Below are positions 1-15,072 of a stretch of DNA of 64,000 bases, in pieces; the stretch's first letter is position 1; each line of letters opens with the position of its first letter. This DNA is from the human T2T-CHM13v2.0 reference genome, Homo sapiens: the NCBI RefSeq assembly GCF_009914755.1, contig NC_060941.1; one strand, given 5' to 3'. A program made the translations under genes and the position numbers. The notes under the pieces were generated by a model. It searched no databases. It saw only the letters and a list, made by a program, of their open reading frames with translations, and was not told the DNA's origin.

Positions 1-220
1 ACCTCTGCCTCCCAGGTTCAAGTGATTCTCCTGCCTCAGCCTCCCGAGTAGCTGGGATTACAGGCATGCGCCACCATGCCCAGCTAATTTTGTATTTTTA
101 GTAGAGACGAGGTTTCTCCATGTTGGTCAGGCTGGTCTCGAACTCCTGACCTCAGGTGATCCGCCTGCCTCAGCCTCCCAAAGTGCTGGGTTTAGAGATG
201 TGAGCCACTGCGCCCGGCCG
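1..220 (-). mobile_element. AluS (partial, window edge)
   Basis: Antisense Alu ending GCGCCCGGCC. Confidence 0.95.
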
Positions 221-393
221 GGAAACCATTTTTGAAAGAGGTCTTTCTTCTTGGTATCCCAGGCAGTGGTGACATAAAGCTTCTAAGATTAGCAGAAAAG
301 CACTTAGATGGGAAATCGGACAAAGCATTTGGCCAGGGGCACAATATTCTTGCATTATACCTCACTAACTGCCTCCAACTAAAGACAGAATGA

Positions 394-694
394 GGCTAAG
401 CACAGTGGCTCATGTGTGTAATCACAGCCCTTTGGGAGGCCAAGACAGGTGGATCACTTGAGGTCAGAAGTTTGAGACCAGCCTGGCCAACATGGTGAAA
501 ACTCATCTCTACTAAAAATACAAAAATTAGCTGGGTGTAGTGGCATATGCCTGTAGTCCCAGCTACCTGGGCGGCTGAGGCACGAGAATCACTTGAATCC
601 AGAAGGGGGAAGAGGTTGCAGTGAGCCAAGATCATACCACTGCGCTCCAGCCTGGACAACAGAGCAAGACCTTGTCTCAAAAAAAAAAAAAAAA
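394..694 (+). mobile_element. AluS
   Basis: Full dimer with A-tail. Confidence 0.95.
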
Positions 695-757
695 TCATTG
701 ACCTGTTAAAAATTAAAATATACTACTTTTGGTCAACAGTACACTCATAAGATAATA

Positions 758-1949
758 CGATCATGTGCCACATCTGCATAATGACATTTTGGTCAATAAT
801 AGACAGCATACAGCATATATAGTGGTGGTCCCATAAGATTAAAATGAAGCTGAAAAATTCTTGTTGCCCAGTGATGTTGCAACTGTCATAATATCCCAGT
901 GCAATGCCCTAGTGTGTTAACAAAACTATTGCACTGCCAGGTGTATAAAAGTATAGTACATACAATTCTATACAGTACATAATACTTGATAATGATAAAC
1001 AATTATGTCACTGGTTTATGTATTTACTAAAATTTTCATTGTTATTTTAAAGTATACTCCTCCTTCTACTTAAAAATAATAATAAAGTTAACTATAAAAC
1101 AGCCTCAGGTAGGTCCTTCAGGAAGTACTCTAGAAGAAGGCACTGTCATCATAGGAGGTGATAGCTCCATGTGTGTCATTGCTCCTGAAAACTTTCCAGT
1201 GGGACAAGATGTGGAGGTGGAAGATACTGACATTGATGATCCTGACCCTGTGTAGGCCAAGGCTAATAATATGTGTGTGTCTTGGTTTTTAACAAAAAAG
1301 TTTAAAAAGCAAAAAAAAAAAAAATTTTTTTTAAATAGATAAAAGCTTATAGAATAAGGATATAAAGAAAATATTTTCATAGAGCTATACAATGTGTTTG
1401 TGTTTTAAGCTAAACATTATTACAAAAAAATCAAAAAGGTAAAAAAATTTAAAGTTTATAAAGTAAATAAGTTACAGTAAGCTAAGGTTAATTTATTATT
1501 GAAGAAAAAAATTAAATAAATGTAGTATAGTTTAAGTGGACAGCATTTTATAAAGTCTACAGTAATGTCCAGTAATGCTCTAGGCCTTCATATTCACTCA
1601 CTGCTCACTCACTGACTCACCAAGAGCATTTGCAGTCCTGCAAACTCCATCCATGGTAAGTGCCCTATAGAGGTATACCATTTTAAATTTTTCATATTGT
1701 ATTTTTACTGTATCTTTTCTATGTTTAGGTACACAAAATAGTTACCACTGTGTTACAACTGCCTACAATATTCAGTACATGCTGCACAGGTTGCAGCCTA
1801 AGAGCAACAGGCCATACCATATAGTTCAGGTGTGTAGTAAGCTATACTGTCTAGGTTTGGGTAAATTCACTCTATGATGTTCCTACAACAAAATCACCTA
1901 AGTACACATTTCTCAGAATGTATCTCTGTTGTTAAGCGACACATGACTA
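758..1949 (+). mobile_element. Tigger3b-type (Golem, TcMar-Tigger) non-autonomous DNA transposon, near full length
   Basis: Ends resemble CAGTCATG...CATGACTG TIRs with TA at the left flank; internal GGTGGTCCCATAAGATT and CAGCCTCAGG..GGTCCTTCAGGA match recalled consensus. Confidence 0.88.
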
Positions 1950-2424
1950 TGTATGCAAACAAGGGAAAATTCTTAAGAGGTCCTAATTGAAAAGCATTTA
2001 TTATGAATCATTCAACATAAAGTTCCAGGGGAGTTGCATGCTGTCATTTCACATTCAATCTGTGGCTTCTTGACACTGCAAATTCCTATTTTATATTAGA
2101 CTTTACAGGTCACTTGCCAGGTTGTGCTGTTTTGGCTAATACTCTTGACTGCAAATGACCACTAGCCTATCAAATCCTATTGTCTGACATCATTAAGATA
2201 TCTTTTTCAATGGCATGAGTGGTGGCAAACATGGAGACTTACGCAGTCATCAAGTCTCTTTCTAACATATTTATTTTATAGCCCCATTTTCCCCTTTAGA
2301 GCCTTTAGGGAACTGCCACATCATAGGTGTACATGTCACTAGAGAATGTTCACAAAAAGCTAGTACAAGATTTGGAAGTGCATATAAAAGAATGGCATGT
2401 CTGTGCATATTTAAATTGTGCTTT

Positions 2425-3247
2425 GAAAAAAAATAGATGTAACACAAATGGCCAAAAAGCATATAAAATGATGATCAACACCACTAATCACTGGAGAAAT
2501 GCAAATCAAAACCACAATGAGATATCATCACCTGGCCCCCATCAGGATGACCACTATCAAGAAAAAGAGGATGTGAATACATTAGACACTTGTGCATTGT
2601 TGGTAGGATTGTAAAATGATGCAACCACTCTGGAAAACAGTATGAAAGTTCCTAAAAACATTAAAAATAGAACTACCATATCATCCAGCAATCTCACTTC
2701 TGGGTATGTATTCACAAAAGCATTATTCGTAACAGCCATAAGGTGAAACCAACCCAAATGTCCATTAACAAATAAATAAACAAAATATGGTGTACACATA
2801 CAATCAAATAAATATTACTCAGCCTTAAAAAGGAAGGGAATTCTGTCACATGCTATAACATGAATGAACCTTGAGGACATTATGCTAAATGAAATAAGCC
2901 AGTCTCAAAAAGACAAACACTACATAATTCTATTTATGTGCGGTATTTAATATGTGACATCAAATTCATAGAAACATAAAGTAAAATGGTAGTTTCCGGG
3001 GCTACAGTAGTTGGAAAGGAAGTTATTATTTAATGAGTGCAGAGTTTTAGATTTGCAAGATGAAAAAGCTCTGGTGCTGTTTTACAATAATATGAATATA
3101 CATAACACTATTGAACTGTATACTTACACTATTGAACTATATACTTAAAAATGGTTAAAATGGTCATTTTTTTCCTCCCTGTGGAGACCACATCAGAGGT
3201 CATAAGATGGTAATTTTTATGTGTTTTTACCACACACACAAAATAAA
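2425..3247 (+). mobile_element. L1 (L1MB-like) ORF2 3' end and 3'UTR fragment
   Basis: GAAATGCAAATCAAAACCACAATGAGATA, GAACCTTGAGGACATTATGCTAAATGAAATAAGCCAG, ending ...ACCAC...AATAAA. Confidence 0.85.
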
Positions 3248-4145
3248 CGTCATTACTTTCAGTTTCACTTGAGATACTGCAGTAAAAGCAATCTGGTCTT
3301 TGTGCCATTTTCTTATGGGTTTTAGATATCAGGCTAAAAGTCTATAAGCTCTTCAAAATATTTTCAGTTGTTCCATTTACCAAATGCACCATGTGCTTAG
3401 TGCTATATAGAATATATATGTCATGGATTATCTGGCATTGCAGCATAACTATTTTCTAACAGACTATAAACTATGTTTACAACTAGAGAAAATGAATTAT
3501 CCCATTCAGTTCAACTTACAGACACTACATGCCAATGTAGTGTTTTCCTGAGTAGCCTAACTTCTGAAATAAGTCATATAAAGGCAAGCAACTCTGCTAC
3601 CTAAGTTTGTCTCTTAGATTTGAGGGTTTTAAGCCAAATGAAAATAAAGACAAAACTACAAACAAGTAACTAGCCCCACATAGGATCCCTCACTATTAAC
3701 ACAAATATACTTTTATACCTACATTTCTTTCTCCCCAAGTAAAAGTAAGTCTCTAAAGCATTGGTTCTTAAAACTCTTTTGATTTACAGCTATGTGGCAT
3801 AAAAGAGTTACAAAATGGTGTGTACATACATTCTTCTGGAGAGTTTCAAATAATTTGACTCCTAAGAGTCTGTGACCCAAAGGAAACACTAAAAACCTTA
3901 ACTCTAGATACTCACATTTAGGTAAAATCCATCTAAGTGTAAACAGAATGGTAGCTTCAAGAGAATTCAAATTATTAAAGGAAAGGTATGAATGTCCTAA
4001 CTCTGAGTATATTTCAAAGGAAGAGGATACTGTTTCACTGTTGATGCTAGAGGGCTTCCATGGACCCAGGTCAACCCCTGACCTAGCACGTAGGAGAAAG
4101 TCACAGATATCCTGTTATCCCCAGTGCCCAGCATATCAAGCCTGA

Positions 4146-4456
<311 letters not shown>

Positions 4457-4923
4457 TGTAGTAGGCTCTTAACAGATGTTTGATGAATAAAGCTGGATGG
4501 TGCCCTGACTGGAGATGAAGAACTCTATTAAACTAAGGAAGCAGTCCACTGTAAGATGACACACTAGGCCACATTCAGGACAAATACAAGTTACATACAT
4601 TATGCCCTGAAGAAGGTATTTCTGGAAAGTATACCATTACATAGAGCTGGATAAATGCAAACAGGCTGAATTTCACAGAATTTACTTATATTTTCTTTCC
4701 TTTATTTAAAAATGCTTACTTTGGGGAAGGAATAAATTACAGATTGCAGTAAAGCCCTGACAACCACTACAGTGGAAATAATTTTCTTTTATATTTCAGT
4801 GAATTACAACAATAGTCTTCCAAGCTGAGCATCTGATGTCTTGAGAATAGCAGTTGAGGAAGTAATCAATAGTTAATCACTTTAGTATACTTTTTGCAAA
4901 ATGTTAAGAAGCACCATTCTCAC

Positions 4924-4965
4924 CTCCTGTTCTACAGCCTTCTGAGGTTCAGGACTATTGCTGAC
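4924..4965 (-). CDS. SPAG9: SPAG9 coding exon 6 (42 nt, symmetric phase 0-0 cassette): VSNSPEPQKAVEQE
   Basis: Long pyrimidine tract ...tcttccctcttcctag|GTC, donor GAG|gtgaga; peptide follows ...SHTSLK in recalled long JIP4. Confidence 0.92.
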
Positions 4966-5410
4966 CTAGGAAGAGGGAAGATTATAAAAGAGAAAAAAAT
5001 TATGTGTTTACTAGGTTTTAACACAGCTGTAACTTTGGCTTGTACTATCTCCCAAGATACAAGATTCATCTATTATCTACTGTGTTTAAAATGAGGGTTT
5101 GGAAGCTTTGTTTTATTTTGACTTAAGCTGACCTTAACACTCTAGTTTAAGTAATATCATGGTTCAGAAGCCACCACTTGGATCAGTGTCTTATACTTAT
5201 CAACATGCAGCTCATTGTTTAACCTTTTTTTTCTACTTACACCACTTTATGAAATCTTCCTGATGTTTATTCCAGTCCCTTTGACTATTTAACATGCTAA
5301 TAATCCAGTGCAGCATACTCAGAAATGTTTATCACACCTCCTTCTATCATTTCTGAATTAGTTAGATAACACTAATGATCAAAGGATCACCAAAATCCAA
5401 ATCCTTTTTC

Positions 5411-6196
<786 letters not shown>

Positions 6197-6771
6197 AAAA
6201 TACACAGATTAACAAGGCATGATTCACTTTGTAGGAATCAGACTGCCTCTTCTTTAACAGATGTGGTTTTTTTTTTTCCCCTAGCTTTATTGAGATATAA
6301 CTGACAAATACAGCATATAGTTAAGGTGATTTTTTTAATACACATTGTGAAACAATCACCACAGTCAAGCCAATAAACATATCTAGCACGTCATACTTTT
6401 TTTGGTGGTAAGAGCACTTAATGTTTATTTATAAGATCTTTGATTCTAGATTCTCATCATCTTTAATCATTCTCTTCATCAAAAACTAGGTAAAAACTTG
6501 GGTAGCTCTCTCTATATAAAAGTAGAAAGATTGTCAAGCTATGTCATTAAATGAAAAAAAAAAAAAAAAGCAAGCAGCAGGAAAACACTTATAAACCCAC
6601 TTATCTTAAAAAGATATTATATCTATGTGCACCTGTAAAGAAAAAGGCCAAGGATACATCAACTATTTACAATGACTGGGGGAAAAAATGAAATTTAGGG
6701 TTGAAGAAACTTCCCATTCCTACTCCACATTCTTCAGTATTACTAAAAATTGTGAAACTGAATTAATATAA

Positions 6772-6904
6772 TTTTTTAGACACAGGATCTTGCGATATTG
6801 CCCAGGCTGAAGTGCCGTGGCTATTCACAGGTACCATTACAGTGAACTGCAACCTGGAATTCGTGGCTTCAAGCAGTCTTCTCACCTCAGCCTCCTGAGT
6901 AGTA
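6772..6904 (-). mobile_element. FAM (fossil Alu monomer, 7SL-derived)
   Basis: Retains the 7SL segment GTGGCTATTCACAGG that dimeric Alus lack. Confidence 0.75.
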
Positions 6905-7489
6905 AAATAACTTTTTAAAAGAAATTATAAAGGCCTCTTTTAGAAAATATTTGGACCTCTGAGCACCTTAACAACATTTCTAGTACATGGCATTGTGCCT
7001 AACACAGTGAGCATCAATAAATTTTTTTGAGTGAAAAAGGTAATTTTTTCAGTAGAAAATGTTAAACAACTTCTCCTATTCTAAAAGTCTGTTTAAACAG
7101 TAAATGTAAGTATTAATAAATACCTATGTGCCAATTACCTCAGATGAAGTCACATTTAAAATACAAGCTTTAAACACCGCCATTTTGAAAGTGCTGCTTA
7201 TTTACATCTTTATCAGTTTCTATTCTCAACATACATAATAGGCATCTTGGTCAACATACAACACAATAGAATCTTTACCCTTTTTTTCCTTCCAAACCCT
7301 AACAGTCACCTATAGGTGGTTCCTAAAGTTATCACATGAAGATATATGTGAGGAAAAAAGCTTATAAGCAAAAATTGAGTTTATAGAACAAATTCCTTAT
7401 CCACTGTCATAAACAAAACAATATGAAATATTACAACACATAATCCATTTTTTTCTTAAAACTCTACTTTTATTTTACCCTAGTAGGCA

Positions 7490-8645
7490 CACTAATACAA
7501 AATTCTATAAAGGAGGTATAAACTAATGGAAAAACCCAAACCAGAAGTAAATGAATGAATAATGCCTAGATCTTGGTTCCTAAATACACTTCTCCCAAAA
7601 AATGTGCCAGAGCTCCTTTGAGAAGTAGTCCAATTTTTAAGAGTGGGGCAGGGAAAATACAACAGCTTAGAGCATCTTATGGTGCCAATAAGGAAGAAAG
7701 CATTCAAAAAAGGATGGGGTATGTCAAAAGAGCACAGGAGCCAACCTGAAAGAGCTCTCAATGTCCAAAGCTAGAAAAATTTGAGAAACCAAAGAAATGA
7801 TAGGTTCGCATAGCCCACAGAATAATATATGTATATATCCCTTGAATTCAAACTGGACTGGAGGGAAGGAGGGAAGAAGACAACTCTCCCTGATAGAAGA
7901 ATTCCAATTAATAAATGTAGAATGAAGAAAATAGAAAATAACTATTAGCAATATTTTACTAATAATTGTTGTAGGCAAAATCCACTGTGGATGCTAAAAT
8001 CAGTGAATGAAAGTTTGAGCAGAAACAGGGTATCTGCACAGTCTCAAAGTATATCCACACCAAGATACTAGATTCTGTTATATTCTCGCCAAAAATACAT
8101 AACCTCAATCTAATAATGAGAAATCAGAGAAGCCCAAAGGGAGAGACATTCTACAAAACAACTAACCAGTACTCTTCAAAAGTCTCAAGGTCATGAAAGA
8201 CAAGACAAGACTGAGGAACTGTTACACACTGGGAACACTGGCGAGACATAATGTACAAAGGCAATGTGGAAGCCAGGTGTGCTGGTTCATGCCTATAATC
8301 CCTGCACTTTGGCAGACTGAGACAGGAGGATTACCTGAGGCCAGGAGTTTGAGACCAACCTGGGCAACATAGTGAGGCCCTGTCTGTAATAAAAATTTTT
8401 TTTAAAAAAGCAATATGGGATCCTGGGCTGGATTCTGGAAGGGAAAAAGGATATTAGTGGAAAAACTGGTAAAACTCGAATACAGGTTTACCTAACAGTA
8501 TTGTACCAAAGTTAATTTCATAGCTTTGATGATTGTATTATGGTTAGTTAACATCAGGGGATGCTGCGTGAAGGGTATATGGAACTCTGCACTATTTTTG
8601 CAACTTTTCTGTAAGTCTAAAATTACTTCAAAAAAGTTATTTAAA
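7490..8645 (+). mobile_element. L1MC-like 3' region interrupted by an Alu monomer (8271-8410)
   Basis: ATAACCTCAATCTAATAATGAGAAA, CAAGGTCATGAAAGACAAG, GGAACTCTGCACTATTTTTGCAACTTTTCTGTAAGTCTAAAATTA. Confidence 0.75.
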
Positions 8646-10344
8646 ACTGCGAACTTTAACTTTTTAAATTACATATGCATTTTATAATAGGAATTGCAAA
8701 TAACAATAGATATGATTCAACTACTATAGAGATTAAAGCTTGTAGAAACTAAAGAAATAGGAACAATTTCAGAACTTAACCACAAATGGAGGAGGATGGA
8801 AAATTCTCTCAACAAGAATGCTGGCTCTGTTTAGACATTTCCTGTTCTGCATGCTAAGCACATCCCCTGAAGAATGCAGCACACATTGACTGGCTTTACA
8901 TACCAAACTCTGCTAACAAGAGCTTCTCACAGCAGTTTACTAAAGTATCACAAGTCATGTGATTTTATGAGAACTCTCTAAAATTTTCACAAGTAGGTGT
9001 CTATCCAATTGGTTTAGTTAGTTAAAATTGCTTTTCTCAGATCTAAAGGTCACATTCTACTAATAATCAACAACCAAGGATGCTCTTCAAAGAAAAAAAT
9101 ACTTTTTTGGAGTACATATGTATACACATGCATACATGTGTGTGCATGTTCTATGCCAGCCATATAATTTTCATGATGCTTTCTAGGCCTTGGATGGTTA
9201 TTTACCACAGTATTATTTGTAACAGCAAAAGACTAGGAAAAATGAAGCTGTCTCAGCAACGAAGGAGATCTGAATTGCAGCTGGGATATGTGATCCCTTC
9301 CCCTCTGCCCTTCTTCTAAGATTCTGATACATCAATTATCTTTCTTCACTCCCTTGTCTTCAATTTTTCTCTCTATTGAACCCTTCTTGTAAGCATAGCA
9401 ACAACCCAGTCTCTCCCATTCTATACTTTTCCCTCTGCTCTGCCAATCTCCACCTCAAGTTATCCTTTTTCTCTCCTCCCACCACAATCACCATTTTGAG
9501 TAGTCTACACATGTTATTTCCTCTTTTTATGATTTACAGTTACTCCTGTTACTGGCCCTACAACTTAAACTGCTCAAATCTACACCTATAAATTTACAAA
9601 TTCAGTCCTCATTCTACTTGACTTCCCCACACCAGCTGACCCTGCTGACATCTTCTTCCATTCTAAAACTCCCTTTGTGCCTCGACTTTCAGCGCTCAAG
9701 TCTCTTACGGTCTCTCTTCTCTGCCACTACAGCCCTCCACTAATGCCCTTCTTTTCCCATGCATCTTCTTTCTTCTCCACTCCAGCCCCCTCTCCCCCTA
9801 CCACACACAGATGCTGCCTTCCTCATCTGCTCAGGCTCTGACACTCTATACCTGGGACCTCTCCTTGGGGAGGCTCTCATCATCCTGTTTAGGGTCTTGT
9901 ACCCCCAAGCCTGGCTGCCATCCTGCAGGGATGTCCTTAATGTTGCTGGGGCCCTGACTCTCTACACCAGGCTACCCCATATGGATTACCCTTGTAACTT
10001 TGCTTAGGTTATGATAACAACCCCACCCCTGCTCCTAAGCACCATGGAAAGCCTTACCTTCCTCTGCCCTGCCTGGTGGCTTTAGAACTAAATTGTGCAG
10101 AAAGGAAAGAGAAAGGGAAGATGAAGCAATACTATACCACCTTAATAATTACGCTTTATAGTAAATCTTAATACCTGGTAGAGCAAGTTCTTATACTTAC
10201 TGTTCTTCAGGACTGTCTTGGTTATACTTGGCCTTTTGTTTTCCAATTCCTTCATTTGTAGCTTCTTTGTGAATATAATTCAGTAAGATTAACTGTCTCA
10301 CCTTAACATTTTGTCCATTCTCAGTCTTAGCCCATGACTATTAC

Positions 10345-11139
<795 letters not shown>

Positions 11140-11449
11140 TAGCACTTTTATAATATGCTCTTTAACGCAACAGCTTTGATAATTTAATATAAGGAGTTTC
11201 TTTTTATCAATTTCACTAGAAGTCCCCCGGTACGAAATTCCTGTTAATGAAGCAATACAAAACTCCTCTGCTTTCTTCTTGAACTGATCTCCAAACTCGA
11301 TTTGAGGACAATCAACAGGGTGTTAGTCTCTAGGGCGTTAGTGAGACTACATGTAAACTGTGGTATTTGCACTGGCCTTGAATTAGGGTATTTTTACTAG
11401 TGGTAATCTAGGCAAGGTAAAGCATATGTATGTGAGGAAACTATAAAGA

Positions 11450-11870
11450 AAAGCAATTAGATGCAGAGGTCTAGAGTCCAGGGAAGAGATATGAGTTGTA
11501 GATTCAAATTTGTGAGCACTGATGCATAGATGGCATTTACAGACATGGAATTTGATCTACCCAGATTAAGTAAAAAGAAGGGCTGACGAGTACCCCAACA
11601 TTTAGAGGTCCAAAAGCAGAAGAGAAACCAGCAATGGAGAAGGAATGGTGAAGAAAATCAGTGTGTGTTTGCCATGGGGAATCCTGGAAGAAAACTGAAG
11701 GAAGTATTTCAAGAAGCTGAATATATTGAAATATATAAATGCTACTAAAAGGTAAGATGAGGACTGAGAATTTTCCATTATATTTGGAACGATGGATTCT
11801 TTTGGCACCCTTGACAGAAGGCATGTTGGTGCAGTAGGTAGGACTGAAAGTCTGAGTGTGATGAAGAGAA
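11450..11870 (-). mobile_element. L2 fragment
   Basis: Degenerate antisense L2 motifs (ATAGATGGCATTTA, GATGAGGACTGAGAATTTTCCATT). Confidence 0.6.
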
Positions 11871-13225
11871 AACCACCACTTAAACATGCTGAAGTGCTTC
11901 CCCACTTCAGGGCCTTCACAATTGCCATCTCATCTTCCTCAACACGTACTCCTCCAGACCTTTCCATGCACCTGCACATCCCCATGTCAGGATGAAAGTC
12001 ATCTTCCAGAGGCTTTCTCTCATACCCTAAAATGAGTACCCATCCTTACTAATTACTCTTTAGCTTACCTTGCTTTAACAATACTTGAAGTTCTATTATT
12101 TCATTTATTTGTTTACTTGTTTGTCGATCTCCATGAGATTGTGATAAATCAAGAATATGTACAAATATTTCTTTTTAAGAACTTGTACATTTTTCTAGGT
12201 GCATCATTCCTAGAAAATCTATTAGATTATTTACAACCTCACTCACCACAGGTCTCTCACAGTGAGAAATTTGTAATACACCAACAAAGAAGGCCCATAA
12301 CTTTACAATCACTGGCAAATCCCCTTATCTGCTGCTATTCTGCCACAAAGTTTTCTGTCGTTCTCTCACAGGAAATTTTCACCTTAACCTTACTTCACAG
12401 AAAAATTGTGGTAGTAACACTAACATTAATTATAAATTTACACCTTCCATTTTTTCATAATGAAGTCAAAACATGCCCTAAGATGGCTAGGTCATCCTCA
12501 ATCTCAGGGGAAATGATATTTTAAATTAGAGTCTAGTCCAATTCCTGTTATACACAGAAACCAAAATGACAGGGCATGTGACATACCTGTGGCATAGCCC
12601 ACAAGTGAATCCTAAACCCCTGACTTCCAGCCCTGGTAAAGTAGAAAGTTATCTAGTGAACGACAAGGGCTTAGGTGAAAAATAAAATACTGTACATCCC
12701 AACTAGTAACATGATTTACAAACTAGACTTTTGCCATTTTGTAAGCACCACCCCATTCCTGGAAATCCTTATTCATTGAGTCTTTATCTCATTCGGTGGC
12801 TCCAGTTCCAGACCAAGTAGAGAGAGACAGGGTTTTGTTTTAGAAACTCTCTGGTGAGTACCTGCCTTATACTAAGGCAAGTCCTCCTCTAGGGAGGACA
12901 CGAGAAACTCCTCTGCTTAAGTCTATACTAATAATTTGTTAATCGGTTTATAAGTTGTCAATAAAGTTCTGGCATAGCCTATCAGTGGAGTAAAAAATAA
13001 AGAGAATTATAATAATCTCTTAAGGCGCACTTTTGGGTAGTATTAAAATATAGTTACCATATGGGATACTTTTTTTTGTACTAAAAGTATCCCTCCTACT
13101 TTTGTTTTGGGAAAGCACACACAGCAAGTAGGCAATTGAGAGATGAGTGTTTTGGAAAATCTATTAAACCTGCAGGAAGGCTAAAAGACCCATTGTGGTA
13201 CAGAAGTAAAGAAAGAGAGAGTTGC

Positions 13226-13537
13226 AGCCAGGCGCAGTGGCTCACGCCTGTAATTCCAGCACTTTGGGAGGCTGAGGCGGGTGGATCACCTGAGGTCAGG
13301 AGTTCGAGGTCAGCCTGACCAACATGGTGAAACTCTGTCTCTATTAAAAATACAAAAATTAGCCAGGTGTGGTGGTGGGTGCTGTAATCCCAGCTACTTG
13401 GGAAGCTGAGACAGGAGAATTGCTTGAACCCAGGAGGAGGATGCAGTGAGCCAAGGTTGAAATGAGCTGAGATCTCACCACTGCACTCCAGCCTGAGCGA
13501 CACAGCAAGACTCTGTCTCAAAAAAAAAAAAAAAAAA
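13226..13537 (+). mobile_element. AluS
   Basis: Full dimer with A-tail. Confidence 0.95.
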
Positions 13538-13814
13538 GTGAGAGCGAGCGAGTTGCCCAGTAACATCACTGTGGGCTAATACTGAGCACTATTAGCTTCT
13601 AACAAATTGGGGCAAGAAGGGAGAAAAGGTAAGGTAACCCCTATTGTTAAAAATGATTTTCAGTGGGAGAAAAGCTATCAAATATTTATCAACTGCTTAC
13701 TGTTTTGAGCACATTTCAAAGGTCAATAGAATGATTCTGAATGCCTCTACATTCTAGAGTTGAGAGAAAGACCACTTATATTGTCCCCAAAGATTCCTTC
13801 TAACATCTAAAACA

Positions 13815-14050
13815 AATCATTCACTCAACAAACATGTTCTGAGTACCTATAATGTGCTAGGCACTTTTCCAAGTGCTGGGGGATACAGCAGTAAATAAAC
13901 CTCATAGAATTTATGTTCTTAGGGAAGAGTCTAGAGGCAACTAAATACAGTAAATGACAGTATTTTAGAAGCATTGTTAAGAGCTATCTTTACATGCTTA
14001 GACCATGATAAGTATTATGGAGAAAAATAAAGCAGGAAAAGGAAATAAGA
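13815..14050 (-). mobile_element. L2 3' end
   Basis: TCATTCACTCAACAAACAT..TGAGTACCTATAATGTGCTAGGCAC..GGGGATACAGCAGTAAATAA. Confidence 0.7.
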
Positions 14051-14773
14051 TACATGTAACTCATTTCTACTCATTGCAGGTGGCCTGTTTCATGATGAGT
14101 TGATTTTATAAGGTAACAAAAGATCTTTTATAATCAATATGATGAATATTTCATTTTAAAAGATACAGAACTTCAAATATTCTTAAAAGTTAATTATTAG
14201 CTTATATCCACTCAGCATATATTATTGTTTATATTTATCACTTATTTGATGACAAGTTCTTGGTCAAGAACATATCTATAATTAATTTACACCACGCCTT
14301 TTTAGCTAAACATAATGCATTTTTGTAGACTGCTCTATGAAGCGGTTTTAAAGAAGGAACAGTGTGTTTGTTTTGTTTTGTTTTTCTGTAAGTGAAACCC
14401 TACTAAATTGGAAAGCCTCTAACATGAACCAAGACTTTCTGGTAATAGCGATTTTCAATTCTAATATAATTAGGTTCACTAGTTACCCTACTCTAAACTC
14501 ATATAGCCTAAATCAAATAGAAATTAATTTTTGTCATTAGTATACTAATCAAGATGATATAATGCTTCACTTTTTTTCCTATATAATTTGAAATAAAATA
14601 GTAAAAAACACACTCTTTGGTAAGAGCTCATTTCCAATTTAAAAAACCAATTTTACAAACTAAATGTATACAAACAATTACATTTTACTATACTGTGGTC
14701 GTCTAGCACTTCAATTAGGATAAGAAAGTTTATGAAATATAAACTGACACAATTTCAGCAGCATAAAGCTTAC

Positions 14774-14924
14774 CTTCAGGCTGGTATGAGAACGTGGTTG
14801 ACTTAATTCCTGAAATTTCCATTGCTCAGATCCAGGGGTCTCTCCTCCTTTCTGAGCATCAGGTGTAAGCAATCCATCTCCAGCAGGTAATGGGAAAATT
14901 CCTAATGATATAGGGCGTTCTTTT
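14774..14924 (-). CDS. SPAG9: SPAG9 coding exon 5 (151 nt, phase 2 to 0): KERPISLGIFPLPAGDGLLTPDAQKGGETPGSEQWKFQELSQPRSHTSLK, JNK-docking motif
   Basis: Acceptor tttttctcccctcttcaaatag, donor AAG|gtaagc; lies inside ORF 14711..14959; RKERPISLGIF is the JIP3/4-type MAPK docking motif. Confidence 0.97.
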
Positions 14925-15072
14925 CTATTTGAAGAGGGGAGAAAAAATTCGGCATTCATTTATTTTGACTTTTTATTTGCCATGACTATAAGTAATAAGC
15001 CTGGACTGCCACTGTTTTACAACCATCACTCAAAAATGACACTGTCTGCCCATCTGAATAAAACAGACTTAC

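Noticed and set aside
1105-1392. ORF in the Tigger element as a transposase
   Set aside because: Non-autonomous deletion derivative; the ORF is antisense and runs through poly-T
2327-2614. ORF with L1-like peptide
   Set aside because: Frameshifted L1 ORF2 relic
14711-14959. 82-aa ORF as a standalone gene
   Set aside because: It is SPAG9 exon 5 plus in-frame intronic flanks
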